Shown piece after piece: positions 19,135 to 27,838 of a DNA stretch of 64,000 nt. The stretch comes from Planctomycetota bacterium (lineage in GTDB: Bacteria; Planctomycetota; UBA1135). The stretch lies in contig JASFYO010000082.1 in the NCBI GenBank assembly GCA_045047305.1, positions 1 through 64,000 on the forward strand, given 5' to 3'. A program made the position numbers and the translations under genes. Positions within the stretch are counted from its first letter, which is position 1; each line of letters opens with the position of its first letter. The notes beneath the pieces were generated by a model. The model was not told the DNA's origin. It did no database searches and saw only the letters and a list, made by a program, of their open reading frames with translations.

Positions 19135-22100
19135 TTACTTGTTCTTAGGAATGCGCCGTTCTTCGTTAGCGCTGTAGAGGACCGGAACGACGAACATGGT
19201 GAGCAAAACAATGCACATGCCGCCGAAACTAGGAATGGCCATCGGCACCATGACATCGGCGCCGCGACCGGTAGAGGTAAGGACTGGCAGTAACGCCAAA
19301 ATGGTGGTTGCTGTCGTCATGAGAGCGGGGCCCACTCGGCGTTTGCCTGCGACCACAACCGCTTCACGTACCTCTTGACGCGTATGCGGTTTCAAGCTCT
19401 TAAAGCTTTGCTTGAGGTAGGTGCCCATAATCACGCCATCGTCTGTGGCAATGCCGAACAGAGCTAGGAATCCAACCCAGACTGCTACGGAAAGGTTGAT
19501 GGGGTGCACTTGGAAGAGTTCACGCATGGAGTTTCCGAACAGGTCGAAATCCAAGAACCAATTTTGTCCGTACAGCCACAGCATGAGGAAGCCACCGGAC
19601 CAAGCAACAAACACACCGCTAAACACCATGAGGGTGGTCAGGAAAGAGCGGAAGTTCAATTGAAGCACCATGAGGATGAGAAGCAGGGCGATAGGCAGAA
19701 CGATGAGCAGGGTTTTTGAGGCCCGTATCTGGCTTTCGTAAGTACCAGCAAACCTATAAGTCACGCCCACTGGCAGTACAAGGCTGCCATCCTCAATGTG
19801 CTTCGTGAGAATCCTCTGCGCTTCTTCGACTACATCCACCTCAGCAAGGTCTGGTTGTTTGTCGAAAGTGACGTAGGCGGTGAGGAACGTGTCTTCCGTT
19901 TTGATGACTTGTGGCCCACGTCGGAAACCGATGTCTGCCACTTGCCCCAAAGGAATGTGCCCGCCTTGAGGGAGGGGTAGCCAAAGTGCACGCAGATCAT
20001 CTACATCACCGCGGAGTTCATGTGGGTAACGCACGCGAAGATTAAATCGTTCACGTCCTTCCACCGATTGGGAAACTACCGTTCCGCCAAAAGCCGTCAT
20101 CAGGTGAGCCTGTACCGCGGCAACCGTAAGCCCGTAACGTGCCGCATCTTCGCGGCGGATTTCCACTTCAAGATAAGGTTTACCAATCACTCGGTCAGCA
20201 AAAACGGCAGCCGGAACCACGCCTGGCATTTGCTTCAATTCTTTTTCAAGCAGTAGTGCAGCCGATTCTAGTGAAACGAGATCGGGAGCGGCGACTTTAA
20301 TCCCCATGGGAGCACGCATACCACTTTGAAGCATGACCAGTCGCGTTTCGATGGGTTGTAACTTGGGAGCAGAAGTCATTCCAAGTAATTTTGCGTGGGA
20401 AGTAATTTCTTTCCAGATGTCGTCTGGACTTTTGATTTCATCACGCCAATTTCGCACGCGCTCTCCGTCTTCATTGAAGGAGAATTCTGGCTTGTAGAGA
20501 ATGACGTTTTCCACCATGGAAATCGGTGCCGGGTCGAGCGCCGTATCGGCACGCCCAATCTTGCCGACCGATGACTCCACCTCTGGGATGGATGCAATCG
20601 CTTGGTCCAAGAGGCTAATCATTTCGACCGCTTGCTGCATGGATGCGTGAGGCGGCATGGTTGGCATGTAGAGGAAGCTCCCCTCATCTAGAGAAGGCAT
20701 AAATTCTTTACCAAATCCAGGAAGAGTTTTAGTGCCTTCGGTCCAGAAGGAAGTGCGATAAACGGAATCGCGCTCCACTCCGACTTTCTCCAATGTCGTC
20801 GGCACAAAGTTAAAGACTTTATCGAATCCAAGCCAGGCACTAGTTCCAAAAAAGACAATGGAAATGGGTATGGAAAGGAAAAGGAGTTTATGGTTCAAGC
20901 ACCAGCGCAGAATGCGTCCATACGCCAGGTGAAACAGCCAGAAGAATCCAATCAGGCTGCCCATCGTTAAGGTTACGAACAAGTAGTTAGTGGTATCCCG
21001 TCCGAGGCCAAGGGGCTGCCAGTAAGAACTTAGGACTCCAATCAGCAACAGTGCAACAATCAAAATCCCTAAGTGGTGAGGGAGTTTGGTGAAGCGGCCT
21101 AAGCGTGGCATCACTATGCCCTTTACCTTGGCCCAGAGCGGCGGGGTAGGCTCGTTGTTATTGCGGAAAAGGAAAACCGCAAGGGTTGGGATGAGCAACA
21201 GAGCTACTACGACGGATGCTCCAAGAGTAAAGGTTTTTGTAAAAGCCAGAGGCTTAAACATTTTGCCTTCAGCTCCGGTCATCGCAAATACCGGCAGGAA
21301 CCCAAGGATGGTCGTGGTGACCGCAGTCATGACGGCACCGCCGACTTCATTTGCAGCGTAGTGAACCGATTGCACTCGAGTTTCACCTTTCGGTGCCGAG
21401 GACAGTCGCTGCACAATGTTTTCTGCCAAAACAATCCCCATGTCGGCAATGGTGCCGATGGCGATGGCGATTCCAGACAATGCAACAATGTTTGCATCGA
21501 TACCAAAAATCTTCATCATTACGAAGGCGCCAAGTACCGTTACCGGAAGGGATAAACCCACCAGCAGCGCGGCACGCAAACGTAATAAGAGAAGCAGGAT
21601 GACGATCATGGTCACCAAAACTTCAAGAGTGAGTGCTTCCTCTAGAGTGAAAAGCGTTTCATGAATCAAACCGGTGCGGTCGTAAAACGGCACGATGGTG
21701 ATTTGGCTCACGGTGCCATCGGGCAAGGTGACTTTCGGTAAGCTTGGAGCGATCCGAGCGATTTCGGCCTTCACTTTGTCCAGGACAGCCAAAGAATTAG
21801 TTCCGTAACGAACCGTGACTACTCCACCGACAACCTCGTGCCCGTTTTTGTCCAAAGCACCACGTCGAGGCGCTGGGCCTAAGGTGACGTGTGCGACATC
21901 GGCAACCCGGAGCGGGGTGCCATCGCGTGCACGGATAGGGGAGCTTGCAATGTCTTCTGGACTATCAATCCAACCTTTGCCGCGGAGGATGTACTCCACA
22001 CGGTTGAATTCCAGCACGCCAGCGCCAGTTTCTTGGTTCGCGCCACGCACTGCGGTTTGGACTTCCTTCAGGTCTACGTCGAAAGCGTGTAGAGCATCAG

Positions 22101-22734
22101 GATCAACTTCGACCACGTATTCGCGTTCGAAGCCTCCGATGCCAGCGACCTCACTTACCCCGGAGACAGCAGTTAGGGCGTAGCGCACCGTCCAATCTTG
22201 CACCGCACGCAGCTCATCGAGATCGAATCCACCGGTATGGTTGCCGTCGGCATCGCGGCCTTCCAGGGTGTACCAGAAGACTTGGCCGAGGCCGGTAGCA
22301 TCTGGTCCAAGGCCGGGCTGGACTTCACCGGGAAGCGTTCCAGATGGAAGACTATTTAACTTCTCTAGAATTCGCGAGCGCGACCAATAGAAATCGATAT
22401 CTTCCTCAAAAATGATGTAGATGGAGCTGAAACCAAAAATGCTATTCGAGCGAATGGTTTTTACTCCGGGAACACCTAAAAGCGCAACCGTAAGCGGGTA
22501 GGTGATTTGATCTTCAACATCGCGCGGCGAGTTACCAGGCCATGGAGTGAAGACGATTTGTTGATTTTCGCCAAGGTCTGGAATGGCGTCGGCAGCAACC
22601 GGAAAGTGCGGCAAAAAGCCTTCTTCTTCCGCGCTGGAGAAGGGTGAGACGATAAGTCCACCGACTGCAATGCCAATTAAGAGCAGGCATACGAGCATGC
22701 GCTCGCGTAAAACGAAGTTTAGGAAACGATCCAT
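19135..22734 (-). CDS. cusA: Cu(I)/Ag(I) efflux RND permease, CusA-like
   Basis: DAIPDLGENQQIV, GPDATGLGQV, GIAIAIGTIAD; Met-triad equivalents FLYMPT, PAPISMVE, RLVMLQSG. Confidence 0.9.
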   Translation of the reverse strand: MDRFLNFVLRERMLVCLLLIGIAVGGLIVSPFSSAEEEGFLPHFPVAADAIPDLGENQQIVFTPWPGNSPRDVEDQITYPLTVALLGVPGVKTIRSNSIFGFSSIYIIFEEDIDFYWSRSRILEKLNSLPSGTLPGEVQPGLGPDATGLGQVFWYTLEGRDADGNHTGGFDLDELRAVQDWTVRYALTAVSGVSEVAGIGGFEREYVVEVDPDALHAFDVDLKEVQTAVRGANQETGAGVLEFNRVEYILRGKGWIDSPEDIASSPIRARDGTPLRVADVAHVTLGPAPRRGALDKNGHEVVGGVVTVRYGTNSLAVLDKVKAEIARIAPSLPKVTLPDGTVSQITIVPFYDRTGLIHETLFTLEEALTLEVLVTMIVILLLLLRLRAALLVGLSLPVTVLGAFVMMKIFGIDANIVALSGIAIAIGTIADMGIVLAENIVQRLSSAPKGETRVQSVHYAANEVGGAVMTAVTTTILGFLPVFAMTGAEGKMFKPLAFTKTFTLGASVVVALLLIPTLAVFLFRNNNEPTPPLWAKVKGIVMPRLGRFTKLPHHLGILIVALLLIGVLSSYWQPLGLGRDTTNYLFVTLTMGSLIGFFWLFHLAYGRILRWCLNHKLLFLSIPISIVFFGTSAWLGFDKVFNFVPTTLEKVGVERDSVYRTSFWTEGTKTLPGFGKEFMPSLDEGSFLYMPTMPPHASMQQAVEMISLLDQAIASIPEVESSVGKIGRADTALDPAPISMVENVILYKPEFSFNEDGERVRNWRDEIKSPDDIWKEITSHAKLLGMTSAPKLQPIETRLVMLQSGMRAPMGIKVAAPDLVSLESAALLLEKELKQMPGVVPAAVFADRVIGKPYLEVEIRREDAARYGLTVAAVQAHLMTAFGGTVVSQSVEGRERFNLRVRYPHELRGDVDDLRALWLPLPQGGHIPLGQVADIGFRRGPQVIKTEDTFLTAYVTFDKQPDLAEVDVVEEAQRILTKHIEDGSLVLPVGVTYRFAGTYESQIRASKTLLIVLPIALLLILMVLQLNFRSFLTTLMVFSGVFVAWSGGFLMLWLYGQNWFLDFDLFGNSMRELFQVHPINLSVAVWVGFLALFGIATDDGVIMGTYLKQSFKSLKPHTRQEVREAVVVAGKRRVGPALMTTATTILALLPVLTSTGRGADVMVPMAIPSFGGMCIVLLTMFVVPVLYSANEERRIPKNK

Positions 22735-22743
22735 GCTTTTGGC

Positions 22744-24795
22744 CTACTGCTTGTCGAAGCCGGAAATGGCATTAGTTTCGTCGCCGCACTTCAACATGCT
22801 GGCTCCGTAGTATGGATTCCGAGTGGGATCTCCTTTGAAGTCAATCCAGTCAGCGCCATCGCCCATTGCCATCGGGCAATGAAAAACCGACAGCTCTCGT
22901 TTCAGACCGGAGTATCCGAAACGGGTGCTCAGCTCCACCGAAGGCGCTAGCAGTTTGCTGAAGGCGGCCCGTAGTGGTTCGATTTCCGTGGTGGCCGCAG
23001 CCTCTGTCGTTGCTTGTTGGAGCGCCTGCAGCGGCTTGGATGCAGACTTTGGTGCACCGGTCTGGTTCATTGCGTTGAGCGTAGTTTGCAAAGCCAGCGT
23101 GGCATCTTTTGCAGCTTTCAAATCGTCGCTGGCAAGAGCATCACCAAAATCAGCAAGGTTCATCAATAAGCTGCCATTGAGCGTTTTGAATTCGACACTT
23201 GCTTGTTCCTCCTCCATATCCATTTGCGAATGGTCGCTGGCTGGCATGTCGTTCATTCCAGAATTTCCAGCGGCAGGGGGACCACCCATGCCTGGCATGC
23301 CAGCGTGCCCACCGCCTGCGCCACCTCCGTTGGGTGCCATCATGGAAGGCTTGCCGCGCAGTTGGAGTTCGCTGTCGATAGTGAAGGCCCCGCGCGAAAC
23401 GATGAGCTCACCTTCTTCGAGCCCTTCTTTCACAACAAAGAATTCTCCTGCACGCGGGCCGAGCACAATGTCACGGGTTTCAAAAATGGTTGCCTCGTGC
23501 AGTGAGGATCCGGGAATCTCTACGAAGACAATTGCGCGGTCTCCGGTTAACAGCGGAGCTGAGACAGGAATCAGTAAAGGAAGCTCAGAACTCTCTTTTT
23601 CACCGGCAAAGCCTAGACTTTCGGTGGTTTCTAAATCCATGTCGCATATAGGGCATTGGCCGGGAGCGTCAACAATGATTTCTGGATGCATGGGGCACAT
23701 CCACATTCCGCTGAGATCCACCGGTGAAGGTTGTCCGGTTCCAACTACCATGGTTTGTACTTTGACTCGTGCAAACATTTCAGGGCGCAGCTTGCCATCG
23801 GCGTTGTCAACATCGACGCGCAAGTGAACGGTTCGGGTTATTGGATCTAAGACAGGGTCGATAAAGGTGATGACGCCGCGGAAGGTGTCTCCCGGCCATG
23901 CGTCGACCTCAAAAATGACATCCTGTCCGTAGCGCATCCAAGGCATGTCGGATTCATAGGCATCAATCTCGAGCCAAAGATGATTGAGATCGGCGATGGT
24001 GTAAAGGGGATCGCCCTCCTTTACATACTGGCCTTCGACCGCATTGCGATGAATCACCGTTCCCCCCATGGGTGCCGATAGGGTGATTTGCTCAGACGGT
24101 TCTCCTAGGTCGACAATCTCCTGCATTTGTTCCTCAGTGATTCCGTATAAAGCAAGCTTCTTGCGCGCGGCAACCACGGTGGAATGAGATATTTTCTGCA
24201 GCGACTCATCGCTTTGCATGCCGAAGCGTTTTGCCGATTCCACTGCAACAATGAGCTCTTCTTGCGCATGAAACAACTGTGGCGAATAGATTTCAGCCAT
24301 GTGATCGCCAGCACGCACCTTCAGTCCAGTGTAGTCCACGTATAGACGGTCGAGGCGCCCTCCAACCCAAGCCGAGAGGACGGCCAGGGCAGTTTCGTCA
24401 ATAGCGAGCTTGCCCACAAGCCGTACCGTATGCGCGATTTCGCGCCTTTGGACCGGGGTGGTTCGAATGCCTGCTATCGCTTTCTGACCTTCCTCTAAGC
24501 GGAGAGTGCGCGGTCCATCGTGGCTACTTGCAGCGCCGCTTTCTAGAGGAATCAAAGTCATTCCACAGATGGGACAGTTACCCGGTTTATGGGCCTTAAT
24601 CGATGGATGCATGGAGCAAGTCCAAAGTTCCGGGGCTTGGGCTGGGGAGGAATCGGAAGCGGCTGCGGTGTGATCATGAGAATCACTGGCGGGCATGCTG
24701 TCCATGGGAGTAAAGCACTTCCCAATGAGCAATCCAAGGAATAACACCACCACAAGGGTGCTTAGGCGGGGTAAAAACTTGAGCAAATGATTCAT
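22744..24795 (-). CDS. cusB: CusB-like adaptor with two CxMHP heavy-metal-binding domains and a C-terminal DUF3347-like domain
   Basis: WTCSMHP..PGNCPICGM, WMCPMHP..PGQCPICDM, IYSPQL, LRPEMF, FTIDSE; Gly/Met linker; HCPMA...NPYYGASMLKCG. Confidence 0.88.
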   Translation of the reverse strand: MNHLLKFLPRLSTLVVVLFLGLLIGKCFTPMDSMPASDSHDHTAAASDSSPAQAPELWTCSMHPSIKAHKPGNCPICGMTLIPLESGAASSHDGPRTLRLEEGQKAIAGIRTTPVQRREIAHTVRLVGKLAIDETALAVLSAWVGGRLDRLYVDYTGLKVRAGDHMAEIYSPQLFHAQEELIVAVESAKRFGMQSDESLQKISHSTVVAARKKLALYGITEEQMQEIVDLGEPSEQITLSAPMGGTVIHRNAVEGQYVKEGDPLYTIADLNHLWLEIDAYESDMPWMRYGQDVIFEVDAWPGDTFRGVITFIDPVLDPITRTVHLRVDVDNADGKLRPEMFARVKVQTMVVGTGQPSPVDLSGMWMCPMHPEIIVDAPGQCPICDMDLETTESLGFAGEKESSELPLLIPVSAPLLTGDRAIVFVEIPGSSLHEATIFETRDIVLGPRAGEFFVVKEGLEEGELIVSRGAFTIDSELQLRGKPSMMAPNGGGAGGGHAGMPGMGGPPAAGNSGMNDMPASDHSQMDMEEEQASVEFKTLNGSLLMNLADFGDALASDDLKAAKDATLALQTTLNAMNQTGAPKSASKPLQALQQATTEAAATTEIEPLRAAFSKLLAPSVELSTRFGYSGLKRELSVFHCPMAMGDGADWIDFKGDPTRNPYYGASMLKCGDETNAISGFDKQ

Positions 24796-26177
24796 CGTTC
24801 TAGGTTTTCTTGGAGCAAGAGGTCGGCGGACAACAGACCGTTCAGGTCAGCAAAGGCAAGAGCAGCATCGGCAGTGGCGCGTGCGGCAGAAAGGCGAAAG
24901 TCGAGCATGATGCGGGCGGCATCAAGCATGTCTTGAAAAGCAGCCTGCCCAGATTGGTAGGCAACTAGAGTGGTTTCATAAGTTTGTTCCGCTAGTGGAA
25001 GTAACTTTTCTTCAAATAGTCGCACCCGGCGTAAAGCATCTTCGTGAGCAGAGAGGGCTTGCTGTAACGTGGCCAGCAACTCCCATTGGCGCGACTCGAT
25101 TTGGGCAATGACACTGCGTTGCAATGCTAGAGCTTGGCGTCTTCCGCCTTGAATCCGGCCTTGGCCCAAGGGCAGTTCAATTGCCAGGGTCAGGGCGATG
25201 GCGTCATCACCAGAGTCGATTTGGGTCGGATTTCCATCCCCAATCCAGGTCCATGCAGCCCCAACGGAAAGATCCGGACGCTGCTCCAAATCGGCCATGC
25301 GTTGCGATTCTTGAGCCGCTAAGAGTTGCGCACGTAGTTGTTGCAAATCTGGTGATTCGGTTAACAGGCGGGTCGTCAAGGTGCTTTCTGAAGCCAGTTC
25401 TGGAAGCGGAGCGAATTCAAGTGCACCCCAATCGGTGGGCCCAGTGGCAGGAGCACCAATGGCTGCTTCGAGCGCGGCAAGCAGTGGATCCTCGCGCTCT
25501 AATAGGGTGTCGAGACGGTCGTTCATTTCTAAACGCTCGACCTGAGTGCGGAGGACATCGGCCTGGGAAACTTGTGAAGCTTCATATAGGCGCAAACTTA
25601 CATCCTCAATGTGGTGCAATAGAGAGACTTGACCCGCGGTGATCTCCTCAGCTTTTTGGAGGTAGATCCGCTCCGCCCAGCTGCGCAAAAATGCGCGACG
25701 TACGGCTAGTCGAGAGATTTCAATTTGGTTGCGTGCAACTTCTGCAAGTGCAGAGGCTTGATCTCCGGCGGCATCTAGCTTTCCAGGCCATGGAATTTTT
25801 TGGGTGAAACCAATATTTGCATCCATCGGGCCAGTGCGGGTTTCAACCGATTGCACATAGCCGGTCAAGCTTAGCCAGGGGTCGGGGAGCGCAGTAACTT
25901 GAGGCACGCGCTCTAAGGCTGCTTGCCATTTCTGGTAAGCAAAACGCACTTTAGGACTCGCGGTAATGGCGCGCACAAGGAGGTCATCCGTGCTTTCCTG
26001 GGGAGACCAAGGTGCGTTTGCGCTTGGATTACCGGGCTCTTTGTCCTCCGTTTGTGCAACGCGAGGCATGACCTGGGAACGTTCCGCATAGTCTTCAGCG
26101 GAAGAGGAGGGATTACTTTGGCAGCCAATGAGTAGGCTGCAGAGCAAAGCAGTGCTTACGAATTTTGGGGAGTGCAT
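24792..26177 (-). CDS. TolC-family outer membrane factor of the Cus-type operon
   Basis: Lipobox LIGC, PQVTALPDP, VETRTGP, QKIPWPGKL, AYQSGQAAFQDMLDA. Confidence 0.87.
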   Translation of the reverse strand: MHSPKFVSTALLCSLLIGCQSNPSSSAEDYAERSQVMPRVAQTEDKEPGNPSANAPWSPQESTDDLLVRAITASPKVRFAYQKWQAALERVPQVTALPDPWLSLTGYVQSVETRTGPMDANIGFTQKIPWPGKLDAAGDQASALAEVARNQIEISRLAVRRAFLRSWAERIYLQKAEEITAGQVSLLHHIEDVSLRLYEASQVSQADVLRTQVERLEMNDRLDTLLEREDPLLAALEAAIGAPATGPTDWGALEFAPLPELASESTLTTRLLTESPDLQQLRAQLLAAQESQRMADLEQRPDLSVGAAWTWIGDGNPTQIDSGDDAIALTLAIELPLGQGRIQGGRRQALALQRSVIAQIESRQWELLATLQQALSAHEDALRRVRLFEEKLLPLAEQTYETTLVAYQSGQAAFQDMLDAARIMLDFRLSAARATADAALAFADLNGLLSADLLLQENLER

Positions 26178-26240
26178 GTTTTCATCAATTGAGTTGGTTA
26201 CAAGATTCCGGCCATGCCGGATAAAGAAAATCTTGTGAAC

Positions 26241-26639
26241 TCAAATGAGAAAACGTTGGAAGCTTAAATACAGTGGTCGCGGTGGACCACGCGGAGGCCC
26301 AACAGAAACTGCTTCGCTTGCACGGCCGCAAGGAGGGTAATAGAGCGAAATTTGCTCAAACATGCAGGTCTGTAGAGCCGAGGAGGTTTTGTCCTCAGAT
26401 GGAATGCGGGCACCCTCTTTGCTTGACGGCGGGGCCAATGGCAAGTTGAACTCACAACAGCATCCGGCGGAAAGAGAAGTGCCGTTTTCTTCTGTGGGCG
26501 CCTGGTGATCCGTGCAACAGCAAGACATAGAAGCCATGGCTTCCATTTCTGCGCATGAGACCCCAGCTGCCAAAACCGCACCCAAACTGCTTGGAAGCAG
26601 TAGCAGCACAGTGGCAACGAAGGTGAGAAAGGCTTGCAT
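26241..26639 (-). CDS. Cys-rich exported leader protein with C-terminal RGPP motif (DUF2946/CruR/CutF-like architecture)
   Basis: Signal-like N-terminus, SCCC and GCCC clusters, C-terminus GPPRGPPRPLYLSFQRFLI; first gene of the Cus operon. Confidence 0.7.
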   Translation of the reverse strand: MQAFLTFVATVLLLLPSSLGAVLAAGVSCAEMEAMASMSCCCTDHQAPTEENGTSLSAGCCCEFNLPLAPPSSKEGARIPSEDKTSSALQTCMFEQISLYYPPCGRASEAVSVGPPRGPPRPLYLSFQRFLI

Positions 26640-26866
26640 GGGCATAAAGTAGAACATGTTTTGGGGCAATTATTCCTCGTTTTTGAGACAAAAATCCAAA
26701 AGAGTTGGCTTGCGTCAAAAAAGACCGCCTTGGACCTTTCCACGCTCCTATTGGAGCTGGATTCCTGGCTCCTTTTCATGAGTAAGAATAAAGTCGAAAC
26801 TGAGAGAATAGAGAGCCGCATCCATGGAGCACCCCGAAGCATGCGGCTCTTCAGCTGCAGGAATTC

Positions 26867-26875
26867 TGCCATAAT
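26867..26875 (+). promoter_or_regulatory. Candidate extended -10 element for the UGGU barrel gene
   Basis: TGcCATAAT, 24 nt upstream of the ATG at 26900. Confidence 0.4.
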
Positions 26876-26899
26876 GAGGCCGTTCGGATTTGGACATTC

Positions 26900-27838
26900 A
26901 TGAAGCTTTCCTCAAAACACACTTTGCCCGTACTTGCCGCGATTGCCGCACTCTCTGCTCCAGCCTTCTCCCAATGAGGCGGCTGAAAAAATCCTAATCT
27001 ACCGGTCGGTGGATTAAATGCATTTCAAAACGGCGACGATGTCATCGATTTTTCCTCTAAGCCTTGGACCGAGCGTATGCGGTACAGCATTGGCTTTAGT
27101 ACTGCGACCAGCAACAAAATTTACAGTGGGTCCAGCGAAGTGCCCAATCCCACAGGGGAAGAAACGGAATTCCAGCAGTGGGCTTTGAACCTTCACTACC
27201 AGCAAAGCGCCCAGCATCGGTGGAGCTTAACCATGCCAACTATTTCGATTGAAGCACGAAATAATACGGGAGTGTTAGAAAAGGTTTCAGGTTTAGGAGA
27301 CTTTGCCTTGGTCCATGGTTGGCGCCCGCAAGTCAGTGGCCCATGGGAGCTTTTGGTAGGCTTAGAATTGCCGACTGGGGAAGAGTTGGCCACGCCAGCT
27401 CCTGGGGTGATTCCTCCTTCCTTATTGCAGCCTGGAAGTGGAACTTGGGATCCAATGCTTGGCGTTTCGTGGACCAAAGTGACGGGCGAATTCAGCCACA
27501 CCTTGAATGGCATAGGTTTGTTTCCCCTTGGTTCTTCTGATGCAGGCCTCAATCCCGGTAATCTGATGCAGGCCATGTACCGCTTGGGTTGGAAGGTGAA
27601 TGCCTCCGCCGAGGCCTCCTTCGGAGTTGAAGGGATTTTTCGTTCCAAGGACAAACTACTTGGCACTACTTTGGCAAACACAAGCTCTAGCGTTTACGCC
27701 ATTCGGCCTGGACTCCGCTGGGCATTTGAGGATGTCACTCTATTCGTTGGTGCGCGTTTTCCTTTCGCCTACGATGTTAACGACACCCAAATCGCACCGG
27801 GTAATTTGCTTGAGTTTTGGTTCGGGTATGGGGGCTAA
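26900..27838 (+). CDS. Putative selenoprotein: outer-membrane beta-barrel of the MetA-pathway phenol degradation / COG4313 'transporter' type with N-terminal UGGU (312 aa)
   Basis: ATG 26900 is in frame with ORF 27077-27838. It reads MKLSSKHTLPVLAAIAALSAPAFSQ-TGA(26975)-G-G-TGA(26984)-KNPNLPVGG... The barrel part has SGLGD, LELPTG, LQPGSGTWD and alternating beta-strand patterns. Confidence 0.8.
26995..27016 (+). promoter_or_regulatory. SECIS-like hairpin
   Basis: TAATCTACC-GGTC-GGTGGATTA, 9-bp stem with one G-U; G-first loop 17 and 26 nt after the two UGA codons. Confidence 0.7.

Noticed and set aside
22925..23827. Long alternative ORFs such as 22925-23827, 1650-2399, 50065-50808 and 54232-55068
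   Set aside because: They are antisense or frame-shifted shadows of well-supported genes and show no recognisable motifs.
26754..26765. 12-mer GAGCTGGATTCC shared with 61611-61622, both upstream of selenoprotein-containing units
   Set aside because: A single post hoc match, not palindromic, with no shared flanks; chance cannot be excluded.
26975..26986. Alternative genetic code (UGA = Trp or Gly) as the explanation for the in-frame TGAs
   Set aside because: Many genes here end in TGA, often in ATGA overlaps (1071, 51960, 54374, 62294). TGG encodes Trp throughout, and in-frame TGAs were seen only at Cys-type positions.
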